From Candidatus Hadarchaeales archaeon (lineage in GTDB: Archaea > Hadarchaeota > Hadarchaeia > Hadarchaeales > Hadarchaeaceae): a DNA stretch of 10,923 bases. Below are positions 1-7,654 of the stretch, one piece after another. A model generated the notes under the pieces. That model was not told the DNA's origin. It did not search any database and saw only the letters and a program-made list of their open reading frames with translations. Every line of letters starts with the position of its first letter. Position 1 is the first letter of the stretch. The position numbers and the translations under genes were made by a program. The stretch is from the NCBI GenBank assembly GCA_038851565.1, contig JAWCKV010000028.1, forward strand, positions 1 through 10,923, given 5' to 3'.

Positions 1-2
1 CC

Positions 3-62
3 GAGGGATTGCCCCAACATGCAAAAAGCGTCAGGATCAGGGTGGTGGATAAAAATGGGTAG
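3..62 (+). CDS. hisD: Histidinol dehydrogenase, 3' fragment (gene begins upstream of the window)
   Basis: Not in the ORF track. Hand translation from nt 3 gives [19 protein letters not shown] (TAG 60-62). This matches the HisD C-terminal pattern EGLxxHAxSVxxR and lies directly upstream of hisE-hisI, overlapping the hisE start by 8 nt. Confidence 0.8.
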   Translation, partial: EGLPQHAKSVRIRVVDKNG

Positions 63-333
63 CGAGATACTCGATGAGGTATTTGAGGTGATCAGGGGGA
101 GAATGCAACATCCCAGAGAAGGTTCCTACGTCTGCAGACTTATATCTGAGGGCAGAACAGCCGAGAAGGTCATGGAAGAATGCAAGGAACTGATAGAGTC
201 CGCAGAAAGCGGGGAGAAGGAGCACATTGTCCACGAGGCCGCCGACCTCTTCTTCCACTCAATGGTCCTAATCGCGGAAAAAGGAGTGGATCTCGAAGAA
301 GTTATGGAGGAGCTGAGGAGGAGACGCAGATGA
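55..333 (+). CDS. hisE: Phosphoribosyl-ATP pyrophosphohydrolase (92 aa)
   Basis: Motifs 'EGSYVCRL', '[10 protein letters not shown]' and '[15 protein letters not shown]' fit the HisE fold. ATG 55 is preferred over ATG 19 because GGTGG (SD-like) precedes it and ATG 19 lies inside hisD. Confidence 0.93.
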   Translation: MGSEILDEVFEVIRGRMQHPREGSYVCRLISEGRTAEKVMEECKELIESAESGEKEHIVHEAADLFFHSMVLIAEKGVDLEEVMEELRRRRR

Positions 334-734
334 AGCTCAGCAGAAAAAACGCAGAGGCCGTGATAGAAGAACTCGAGTTCAAGGATGGGCTCGTCACCGC
401 GATCGTCAGGGACTGCCGGTCTGGGGACATTCTAATGGCGGCGTTCCAGAACAGGGAGGCGGTGCTGAAAACGCTCACCGAGGGGATGATGTATTACTGG
501 AGCAGGTCGAGGGGCAAACTCTGGAGGAAGGGGGAGATATCCGGACACGTTCAAAGGCTCAAAAATTTGAGGGTGGACTGCGACGGAGATGCCATTCTTT
601 ACGACGTCGAACAGGTAGGTGCGGCCTGCCACGAGGGATACCGCTCATGCTTTTTCAGGAGGATAAGAGACGGAAAGCTGAAAGCCTTCATGAAAAGAAA
701 ATTCAAGCCTGAAGATGTCTACGGAAAAGGGTAG
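330..734 (+). CDS. hisI: Phosphoribosyl-AMP cyclohydrolase (134 aa)
   Basis: Motifs '[20 protein letters not shown]', 'DCDGD' and '[10 protein letters not shown]'. The start ATG 330 overlaps the hisE stop (ATGA). The extension to 180 in the ORF track overlaps hisE and is not homologous. Confidence 0.96.
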   Translation: MKLSRKNAEAVIEELEFKDGLVTAIVRDCRSGDILMAAFQNREAVLKTLTEGMMYYWSRSRGKLWRKGEISGHVQRLKNLRVDCDGDAILYDVEQVGAACHEGYRSCFFRRIRDGKLKAFMKRKFKPEDVYGKG

Positions 735-739
735 GTCGC

Positions 740-1567
740 TTGAGCCCCTTGGACGCCATCAAAACCTCCTTCAATCGAAATGCTCCTGCGATAACATTTG
801 TTGTTCTCGTTTCTCTTTTTTCGATCTTCATCAGTACGACCTATCACCTGCTCACCACCCGGCCGCAGGAATTCGCGCACAATCCAAAGGTTCGGGAATA
901 TGAGAACACCGTGGGGAAGGTGATGGAGATGGACCCCTGGGAGAGGGTTCAGTATTACTGGGGCAACAACCTGAAGGCAGCATGTATCAGTGCTGCCGGT
1001 TCTCCATTCTACTACCCACTGACCACCTCCATTGTAACCGGATACTACGCCGGCATCGCCATCACCTACGTCAGCCACATATACGGTGGAGAGGTTGGGC
1101 TCGCCTTTTCAGCCCAGATCTTTGTACACGGAATACTGGAACTTACAGGAATATACCTGATCGCGGCCGGAGGTCTGAGGATGGCGTGGCTACTCTGGGT
1201 ACTGATCGGAAGCTTGAGCAAACGCAGGAGATCTGGGCCCATGATCAAACGCGTTAAAGCTGCCAGCGTAGATCTTCTAACGCTTTTCCTGCTTGGCGTT
1301 GCGATGATATTCATTGCGGCGCCGCTGGAGGCGTATGTCTCTCCATCCGCCGGGGGACTCTTCACCGCAGAACCGATATTGTCCGTGCTGTTTCTGGCCG
1401 GAACAGTGGCCTTTTACTCCATCCTTGTAAAACCCGGAATGGGAAGAATGGCTCGAGTTGCAGGTGAGACCCTCAGAAAATTGAAGACAAGGGAATTCGT
1501 TCCAGAACACCTGTCCTCATTCATCTTGATCTTCTTTCTTGCACTGGGCATTGCCGTCTTTCTTTAA
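740..1567 (+). CDS. SpoIIM / DUF95-family multi-pass membrane protein (275 aa)
   Basis: Multiple hydrophobic helices with family-type motifs 'NN', 'HGILEL' and 'AAPLEAYVSP'. TTG start 5 nt after the hisI stop. Confidence 0.8.
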   Translation: MSPLDAIKTSFNRNAPAITFVVLVSLFSIFISTTYHLLTTRPQEFAHNPKVREYENTVGKVMEMDPWERVQYYWGNNLKAACISAAGSPFYYPLTTSIVTGYYAGIAITYVSHIYGGEVGLAFSAQIFVHGILELTGIYLIAAGGLRMAWLLWVLIGSLSKRRRSGPMIKRVKAASVDLLTLFLLGVAMIFIAAPLEAYVSPSAGGLFTAEPILSVLFLAGTVAFYSILVKPGMGRMARVAGETLRKLKTREFVPEHLSSFILIFFLALGIAVFL

Positions 1568-2617
1568 TCCTATGCCCTTGACCCCCAGCTTTCCGGGACT
1601 TCCCGTACTTCCCTCAACTTTGAACCTTATTCCCAAGATATGCTCAGCTATTTTCACGTTTGTCAGGGCGTGAGAGGTCAGCTCAGAGCAGGTTACCTCT
1701 GAGATGCCATCCGCCAGCGCCATATAAGGCACCACCTGGTCAGCCAGATGCCTGTCCACCGCGCATGATGTGTCCAAGGATCTTATCAGCTGCTGGGCGG
1801 CCTCAACGCCAACCTGCTCCGCTGGCTTTCCTGGAGCACCGAGGGCACTCGAACCAATAACACATCCCCTCTCTGTTTGCGCCCAGAGAGTTATGCCCGC
1901 ACCGGGACCAAGGTGCGGGTCCTCGGAGGGAGGATATGACTCCGTTTCAATTCTAACGTTGGGATATCCTGCCCTCAAAAGTGTGATGCTCGCAGAATGT
2001 GCCATCCTCCTCGCCACATGCTCCGGGAGCCTAACGCAGTGTGAGATGCCCTTTATCTCCTTCACCTTCCCGCAATCCAGCATGGCAATCGGCAGGAACT
2101 CCCCAACTGGCTCCATTCTGGCCACCACCACTCCTCCCCCTCTGGGGTAGTGCCCTCTCCTGAGACACTTAAGATCTACCTGATAGCCCATCCTCTTCAG
2201 GACTGGAACCGTGACATGCCTCAGGTAGTCCACCGGGGGCGCCTTTGGGTTATCAGTTCCCCCTGTGACCTCAACCTCAACTGGTCTGTCCGCAAAAGCG
2301 GAGGCGATCATCAGTGGCTGAATTGCCAGAATCGTGCTCCCCGCAGTTCCTATTGAAACGCGGTATCTTCCGCCCTTTATGCGCCCGGGCTCAAACGTCA
2401 ACTCCATTGAGTTCAGATGTGCTCCCTCAACCTTCGCGTCTGATATCATGGCCAATGCCTCCACGCTGCTTAGATGCTGATGCTGCAGGCCCGGGTTGTC
2501 CCTCCTGGCCCTTATGTTGTAGATCCTCACGGCCTGACCAGACACGGCGCTCAAAGCAAGCGCCACCCTCAGCACCGCCCCTCCTCCCTCCCCCATCGAA
2601 CCGTCTATCTCTATCAT
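1517..2617 (-). CDS. rtcA: RNA 3'-terminal phosphate cyclase (366 aa)
   Basis: N-terminus 'MIEIDGSMGEGGGAVLR', plus 'PGLQHQH', 'GGTD', 'RRGHYPRGGG' and the catalytic-His motif 'VDRHLADQ'. ATG at 2617 has GGAGG upstream. Confidence 0.96.
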   Translation of the reverse strand: MIEIDGSMGEGGGAVLRVALALSAVSGQAVRIYNIRARRDNPGLQHQHLSSVEALAMISDAKVEGAHLNSMELTFEPGRIKGGRYRVSIGTAGSTILAIQPLMIASAFADRPVEVEVTGGTDNPKAPPVDYLRHVTVPVLKRMGYQVDLKCLRRGHYPRGGGVVVARMEPVGEFLPIAMLDCGKVKEIKGISHCVRLPEHVARRMAHSASITLLRAGYPNVRIETESYPPSEDPHLGPGAGITLWAQTERGCVIGSSALGAPGKPAEQVGVEAAQQLIRSLDTSCAVDRHLADQVVPYMALADGISEVTCSELTSHALTNVKIAEHILGIRFKVEGSTGSPGKLGVKGIGLKKDGNAQCKKEDQDE

Positions 2618-2632
2618 CGGACGCGCCTCCGC

Positions 2633-2652
2633 TATGTTAATATCAAATGTAT
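2633..2652. promoter_or_regulatory. AT-rich putative bidirectional TATA region for rtcA and ogt
   Basis: TATGTTAATATCAAATGTAT is an AT-rich patch between divergent starts (2617 on -, 2667 on +). TTAATAT at 2637-2643 lies about 24 nt upstream of the ogt GTG. Confidence 0.45.
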
Positions 2653-2666
2653 GCCTGCTTCCTAAT

Positions 2667-2966
2667 GTGAAGTTCACCGGTGAAGTTCTAAAACTTGTCA
2701 GTAGGGTGCCAAGGGGGAGAATAACCACCTACGGTGAGATCGCGAGGGCGCTGGGCAGGCCGAAGGCCGCGCGCGCGGTCGGACTGGCCCTCTCGAAAAA
2801 CCCATTTCCAGGCAGGATACCCTGCCACAGGGTGATAAGGCGGGATGGCGGGCTCGGCGGTTATTCTCTCGGGATCAAGCTCAAGGAGAGGATGCTGCGA
2901 GAGGAAGGCATTGAAATTCGTAATGGCAGGATTCAGGTTGAGAGGTACTTTTTCAGGATCGCGTGA
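2667..2966 (+). CDS. ogt: O6-methylguanine-DNA--protein-cysteine methyltransferase, C-terminal domain only (about 99 aa; alternative ATG at 2634)
   Basis: HTH and Arg-finger segment 'VPRGRITTYGEIARALGRPKAARAVG', active-site 'PCHRV', then 'GGYSLG..K..ML..EG'. GTG 2667 (MKFTGEVLKLV) is chosen because ATG 2634 would leave only 16 nt to the divergent rtcA start. Confidence 0.9.
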   Translation: MKFTGEVLKLVSRVPRGRITTYGEIARALGRPKAARAVGLALSKNPFPGRIPCHRVIRRDGGLGGYSLGIKLKERMLREEGIEIRNGRIQVERYFFRIA

Positions 2967-3498
2967 GGACCCGGGCCCGCGACAGCTTTTTTAACCTTTC
3001 CTCCGCACCTATCCTCTTCAGTATCCTCACGACAGATTCGGGCACAAGACTTTCCCACTTTGCTCCCTCAGCCATCCTCCTCCGTATGGTCATCCCCTGA
3101 TAATCCCTCCGTCTGAAGAGGGGCTGGGTGCGCACCTCGTATCCGCGCTCCTTGAAAAGACGCTGCACCCAGGGATTACCTGAGTACACAACAGAGAACT
3201 TTGGGACCAGTGACTCCACATGCGGGACCCATCTTTCGTCGTCGTGGACATCGGGTATCCCCACTATCTTCACTCTGGAGAGATCAATTCCTGCCTCATT
3301 CAACGCAGCCTTCAGCATCTCCTCGCGCTCGCTCGCCGTTAACGGGTTTTCGAACGTGTTTTCCTCCTGTGAGCTCCCTATGCCGATTATGAGCTCGTCC
3401 ATTTCACCCAGTATGTACTTAAAGGCTTCAACGTGCCCCAGGTGAACCGGCTGAAAACGCCCTATGAATATGCCCCTTTTTACCAGAGCCCCACCCAC
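2953..3498 (-). CDS. nadM: Nicotinamide-nucleotide (NMN) adenylyltransferase, archaeal type (181 aa)
   Basis: HxGH motif 'IGRFQPVHLGH', plus 'IGIGSSQ', 'NPLTASER', 'YSGNP' and 'TIRRRM....WESLVP'. GTG start with GGAG upstream. Confidence 0.93.
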   Translation of the reverse strand: MGGALVKRGIFIGRFQPVHLGHVEAFKYILGEMDELIIGIGSSQEENTFENPLTASEREEMLKAALNEAGIDLSRVKIVGIPDVHDDERWVPHVESLVPKFSVVYSGNPWVQRLFKERGYEVRTQPLFRRRDYQGMTIRRRMAEGAKWESLVPESVVRILKRIGAEERLKKLSRARVLTRS

Positions 3499-3514
3499 AA
3501 CCCAACTCCTTCCC

Positions 3515-3564
3515 TAAATTTAATCCCACCGCCAGTGCCCTCCCTGCGGTCGGGAAGTTTTATT
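3515..3564. promoter_or_regulatory. Putative divergent promoters for nadM (-) and thiC (+)
   Basis: TAAATTTAAT at 3515-3524 lies 17-26 nt upstream of the nadM start. GGAAGTTTTATT at 3553-3564 is a purine run plus TATA-like box about 31 nt upstream of the thiC ATG. Confidence 0.45.
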
Positions 3565-3594
3565 CCGCCGGAGCTATATGGAAATGGGCCCAAC

Positions 3595-4884
3595 ATGATC
3601 GTTTCAGAAGCCAAGCGCAGGATCGTCTCGGAGGAGATGAAAAAGATCGCTGAAAAGGAGGGAAGAACACCCGATTTCATCATGCGGGGGGTGGCAAGCG
3701 GGAGAATAGTCATCCCAAAAAATGTGAGGAGGGATGACATCATCATCTGCGGCATAGGAGAAGGGCTCCCCACCAAGGTGAACGCGAACATCGGGACATC
3801 TCCCGACTATGTCAAGGTCGAGGAAGAGCTGGAGAAACTCAAGGTGGCGGTCGAGCATGGAGCGGACACTGTCATGGACCTCAGCATAGGGGGCGACATA
3901 AGGGTGATCAGGAGAAGGATAATAGAGAATTCCTCCGTGCCGATCGGGACGGTTCCCATATATCAGGCCGGCATTGAGGCCGCGGAGAACGGAAGCATTG
4001 CGGAGATGACCTCCGACAGCATATTCAACGCAGTGAGGGAACATGCCTCGGACGGCGTGGACTTCATGACCGTGCACTGTGGCATGACTAGGGGCCTCCT
4101 TGAGAACATGAAGAGGAGCGGCAGGATTCTCAACCTCGTCAGCAGGGGAGGGGCTTTCATGGCAGCATGGATGATAGAAACTGGAAGAGAAAATCCGCTC
4201 TTTCAGGAGTTCGACTACCTGCTCGAGATAGCGAGGGAATTCGACGTCACGCTGAGTCTGGGGGATGCCATGAGGCCCGGGTGTCTGGCGGACGCCTCGG
4301 ATGAACTGCAATTTGAAGAGCTCATCACGCTGGCAAAGCTGGTGGAAAGGGCCAGGGAGAGGGATGTTCAGGTCATCGTGGAGGGGCCAGGGCACCTGCC
4401 TCTTGACCACATATGGGCAAATGTCAGGCTGGAGAAGGACCTGTGTAAGGGCGCCCCATTCTACGTGCTCGGCCCGCTCGTAACAGACATAGCCCCCGGA
4501 TACGACCACTGGGTGGGCGCCATCGGTGGGGCTGTCGCCGCCTGGGCCGGGGCGGATTTCCTCTGCTATCTGACCCCCGCCGAACACCTTTGCCTCCCAT
4601 CGATTGAGGAGGTGAGGGAGGGCGTCATAGCAACTAAAATAGCTGCACATGTGGGCGACATCGCAAAGGGAATGGCCTTGCAAAAGGATCTGCTGATGGC
4701 GGAGGCAAGAAGGAAGCTTGACTGGGGATCGCAGTTCAACCTTGCAATCGATCCTGGGAAGGCTAGGAGCCTGAGGAACAAAAGGCCACCTGCACTTGAT
4801 CCAAAAACTTGCGCAATGTGTGGGAAGTGGTGCGCGATAAAGATAGTGGAGGAACATCTAAAAAAAGTTGAGAAAGATTTATAA
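3595..4884 (+). CDS. thiC: Phosphomethylpyrimidine synthase (radical SAM, 429 aa)
   Basis: Motifs 'KVNANIGTS', 'GADTVMDLS', 'GTVPIYQ', 'DFMTVHCG', 'VSRGG', 'EGPGH', 'PFYVLGPLVTDIAPGYDH', 'TPAEHL' and C-terminal Fe-S motif 'CAMCGKWC'. ATG 3595 avoids overlap with nadM. Confidence 0.93.
   Translation: MIVSEAKRRIVSEEMKKIAEKEGRTPDFIMRGVASGRIVIPKNVRRDDIIICGIGEGLPTKVNANIGTSPDYVKVEEELEKLKVAVEHGADTVMDLSIGGDIRVIRRRIIENSSVPIGTVPIYQAGIEAAENGSIAEMTSDSIFNAVREHASDGVDFMTVHCGMTRGLLENMKRSGRILNLVSRGGAFMAAWMIETGRENPLFQEFDYLLEIAREFDVTLSLGDAMRPGCLADASDELQFEELITLAKLVERARERDVQVIVEGPGHLPLDHIWANVRLEKDLCKGAPFYVLGPLVTDIAPGYDHWVGAIGGAVAAWAGADFLCYLTPAEHLCLPSIEEVREGVIATKIAAHVGDIAKGMALQKDLLMAEARRKLDWGSQFNLAIDPGKARSLRNKRPPALDPKTCAMCGKWCAIKIVEEHLKKVEKDL
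4871..4884 (+). promoter_or_regulatory. Putative BRE/TATA promoter for the aminotransferase, overlapping the thiC stop
   Basis: AGAAAGA-TTTATAA is a purine-rich BRE-like run followed by a consensus archaeal TATA box, 28 nt upstream of ATG 4913. Confidence 0.5.
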
Positions 4885-4912
4885 CAAAGGATGTCTGTAG
4901 GTATTGATTTCG

Positions 4913-5986
4913 ATGAAGCTCTTCACGGCTGGTCCGGTGGCATGCAGGCCCGAGGTCCTGCAGGAGATGGGCAGACAGATGTTCAGCCACCGGAGCAAGG
5001 AGTACAAACAGATACACCAGCAAACCGTCGAGCGCCTTTCAAAGTTCCTAGAAACCAGGAATCAGATATTCCTTTTTCCCAGCACAAGTTCCGGGGCGAT
5101 GGAAGCCTGCGTCAGGAACTGCGTCGAGAGGAAGATGCTCGCGTGCATAAATGGAGACTTCGGGAGGAGATTTGCCAGGGTTGGTGAGACCAATGGGAGG
5201 ATCGTGGAAAAACTGGAAACCAGGCTTGGAGACCCGACCACGCCCGAGCTTCTCGATGAAAAGCTCTCACAGGTCCCAGATGTCGAGGCCGTTTCAATAA
5301 TATACAACGAGACAAGCATGGGGCTCATGAACCCGCTGCCAGAACTTGCGAAGGTCGTGAAGAAACACGGAAAACTCCTTTTCGTGGACGCAGTCAGCGC
5401 AATGGGTGGCGTTGAGCTGAAGGTGGACGAGTGGAACATAGACGTGTGCTTTGCCAGCTCCCAGAAGTGTTTCGGCATACCTCCCGGCCTGACCATGGTT
5501 TCCGTAAATGAGGAGGTACTCAGGATCTCCGAGAGGATGAAGAACAAGGGATGGTATTTTGACTTCAAGCTCTTTGAGAAATATCAAAAGGAGCAGAGCA
5601 GCACGCCAATGACCTCTATAATACCTCAAGTGGCAGCGCTCAACAAGGAGCTGGAGATAATAGAGAGGGAAGGAGGGAAGGAGAGAAGATTCGAGCTCTA
5701 CAGGGCGCGAATGAACAGAATAGTTAATGGAGTAAAAAAGCTGGGGCTATCGCTTTATCCGAGGCCCGGTTATGAAAGCGTGACGATAGCGTGTGTCAAT
5801 TCTCCTGAGGGTATTAGCGGGCTTACCGTGTATGAGGAGATGAGAAAGAGGGGATTTGAACTAGCAAAGGGATACGGTGAGCTTAAGGAAAAAACTTTCA
5901 GGATCGGAAACATGGGATACATACTCATGGAGGATATAGACGAGATGCTACTCGCTCTTGAGGACGTGATAAAATCTAGGTCTTGA
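4913..5986 (+). CDS. Class-V PLP-dependent aminotransferase (alanine-glyoxylate/serine-pyruvate/archaeal phosphoserine aminotransferase family, 357 aa; alternative TTG at 4904)
   Basis: Motifs 'KLFTAGPV', 'SHRS', 'NGDFGRRF', 'NETSMG', 'DAVSAMGG', PLP-lysine motif '[11 protein letters not shown]' and 'FRIGNMG'. Confidence 0.92.
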   Translation: MKLFTAGPVACRPEVLQEMGRQMFSHRSKEYKQIHQQTVERLSKFLETRNQIFLFPSTSSGAMEACVRNCVERKMLACINGDFGRRFARVGETNGRIVEKLETRLGDPTTPELLDEKLSQVPDVEAVSIIYNETSMGLMNPLPELAKVVKKHGKLLFVDAVSAMGGVELKVDEWNIDVCFASSQKCFGIPPGLTMVSVNEEVLRISERMKNKGWYFDFKLFEKYQKEQSSTPMTSIIPQVAALNKELEIIEREGGKERRFELYRARMNRIVNGVKKLGLSLYPRPGYESVTIACVNSPEGISGLTVYEEMRKRGFELAKGYGELKEKTFRIGNMGYILMEDIDEMLLALEDVIKSRS

Positions 5987-6284
5987 GCTCTATCTCTATC
6001 GCCACCTCTTCTGGTATCTGAACGCGCATGAGCTGGCGAAGTGCTCGCTCATCCGCTTGCATGTCTATCAAACGCTTGTGGACCCTGAGCTCCCACCTGT
6101 CCCATGTTATGGTCCCCTCGGCGTCCGGCGATTTTCTCGTTTGGATAGTTATCCTCCTAGTGGGCAGAGGGATCGGACCTGAAATTTTTATGCCTGCCCT
6201 CTGGGCAATCCCGGTTATCTGGCTGCACACCTCGGCAAGCTTTCCAGGATCAGTGCTGGCCAGCTTTATCCTTGCGGTCTGCAA
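5976..6284 (-). CDS. rps10: 30S ribosomal protein uS10 (102 aa)
   Basis: Motifs 'ARIKLAS', 'SGPIPLPT', '[23 protein letters not shown]'. TTG start preceded by GAGGGAG, with an in-frame stop 6 codons upstream. Confidence 0.97.
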   Translation of the reverse strand: MQTARIKLASTDPGKLAEVCSQITGIAQRAGIKISGPIPLPTRRITIQTRKSPDAEGTITWDRWELRVHKRLIDMQADERALRQLMRVQIPEEVAIEIELKT

Positions 6285-6332
6285 AGTGCTCCCTCTAACT
6301 CAATTGCAAACTGGACATAAAAGGATTTGATA

Positions 6333-7595
6333 TCACTTCGCCTTAACTAGGTCTACGCAGACCCCTGCAGCTATCGTCATCCCCATGTCTCTGATCGCAA
6401 ACCTGCTAAGCTGCGGTATCTCAGAGGCCTTTTCCATCACCATCGGCTTTGTGGGAACTACCTTGATTGTTGCCATGTCTCCCTTCTTTATGAACTCAGG
6501 ATTCTGCTGTACGACCTCGCCTGTCTTGGGGTCAAGTTTCTGAGTTATCTCCGTTATCGTGCAGGCGACCTGGGCGGTGTGAGCATGAAAAACTGGAGTG
6601 TAGCCAGGGGCTATTGCGGTTGGATGCTGCAGAACCGCTATCCTCGCGGTAAACTCCTTCACAACGGTCGGCGGCACGTTCGGGTGCCCCACAACGTCAC
6701 CCCTCTTTATCGCAGTTTTTTCCACCCCCCTCACGTTGAAGCCTATGTTATCTCCAGGCTCCGCCTGTGGAATTGCCTCATGATGCATCTCAATCGATTT
6801 CACATCGCCCGAGACGCCAGCGGGCTCAAAGACTATCTTATCTCCTGTCTTGAGAATGCCAGTTTCAACCCTGCCTACCGGGACCGTGCCAACGCCGGTT
6901 ATTGAATAAACATCCTGAACGGGAATACGAAGAGGCTTATCGGTCGGCTTCGGAGGAACAGCGAAGCTATCCAACGAAGCGTAAAACGTTGGGCCCTTGT
7001 ACCAGGGCATCTTTTCGCTCGGCTTTGTCACGTTCTCTCCGTAGAAGGCTGCCACAGGAACAAACGGGAACTTGTCAGCATTTCTATAACCAACTGCCCT
7101 CAGCAGATCCATGACCTCTGACTTTACCTTCTCAAAAACCTCCTTCTTGAAATCAACCAGATCCATCTTGTTTATTGCTATCACAAGCTGACCCACCCCC
7201 AAGGTGAACGCAAGGGCGGCATGCTCTCTGGTCTGCGGCATTATACCATCATCGGCTGCCACAACGAGAACCGCGCCATCAGCCTGACTTGCCCCGGTTA
7301 TCATGTTCTTCACGAAATCTCTGTGCCCGGGGGCATCTATAACCGTGAAATAATACTTCTCAGTCTCAAACTTCTTATGAGCGAGATCTATCGTGAGCCC
7401 CCTCTCACGTTCTTCCTTGAGACCATCCATAACCCAAGCGAACTTGAAGCTCTTACCCTTGTCCCCCATCGCCTCGAATTTCTTTATGTCCTCATCCTTC
7501 ACCAGCCCCCTCTCGTACAGCATCCTGCCGGTGAGGGTGGACTTTCCATGGTCCACATGCCCTATCATCACCATATTAAGGTGCGGCTTAGCCAT
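6333..7595 (-). CDS. tuf: Translation elongation factor EF-1alpha (aEF1A, 420 aa)
   Basis: Motifs GHVDHGKST, 'ERERGLTID', [19 protein letters not shown], '[13 protein letters not shown]' and 'RFAIRDMG'. GGAGG SD at 7603-7607. Confidence 0.99.
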   Translation of the reverse strand: MAKPHLNMVMIGHVDHGKSTLTGRMLYERGLVKDEDIKKFEAMGDKGKSFKFAWVMDGLKEERERGLTIDLAHKKFETEKYYFTVIDAPGHRDFVKNMITGASQADGAVLVVAADDGIMPQTREHAALAFTLGVGQLVIAINKMDLVDFKKEVFEKVKSEVMDLLRAVGYRNADKFPFVPVAAFYGENVTKPSEKMPWYKGPTFYASLDSFAVPPKPTDKPLRIPVQDVYSITGVGTVPVGRVETGILKTGDKIVFEPAGVSGDVKSIEMHHEAIPQAEPGDNIGFNVRGVEKTAIKRGDVVGHPNVPPTVVKEFTARIAVLQHPTAIAPGYTPVFHAHTAQVACTITEITQKLDPKTGEVVQQNPEFIKKGDMATIKVVPTKPMVMEKASEIPQLSRFAIRDMGMTIAAGVCVDLVKAK

Positions 7596-7638
7596 TTCAC
7601 ATCCTCCCCCTCATTGCCATTTCTCTTTTGCATATCCC

Positions 7639-7654
7639 TTTTAAAAACCTTTGG
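7639..7654 (-). promoter_or_regulatory. Putative internal BRE/TATA promoter for tuf-rps10
   Basis: The minus strand reads CCAAAGG-TTTTTAAAA within the 91-nt rps7-tuf spacer, about 45 nt upstream of the tuf ATG. Confidence 0.6.

Noticed and set aside
180..329. Open -1 frame upstream of hisI overlapping hisE (possible frameshifted HisE-HisI fusion)
   Set aside because: I saw no properly phased slippery heptamer (GAA AAA GGA does not fit X XXY YYZ). The ATGA overlap with an upstream GGAGG explains hisI initiation.
2618..2728. N-terminal extensions in the ORF track (rtcA to 2728; likewise thiC to 3433 and hisE to 19)
   Set aside because: They overlap neighbouring genes, and family homology begins at the downstream starts.
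3499..3594. TPP riboswitch upstream of thiC
   Set aside because: No CTGAGA core is present, and the predicted leader after the TATA-like box is far too short.
3604..4857. 417-aa antisense ORF opposite thiC
   Set aside because: It is the codon-register mirror of thiC, rich in His/Pro/Leu with no recognisable motifs. This is a typical shadow ORF produced by codon bias.
3595..4884. ThiC paralogue BzaA/B/F (anaerobic benzimidazole synthesis) instead of ThiC
   Set aside because: All ThiC motifs are intact and no cobalamin genes are adjacent. It cannot be fully excluded without an HMM or phylogeny, but ThiC is the simpler call.
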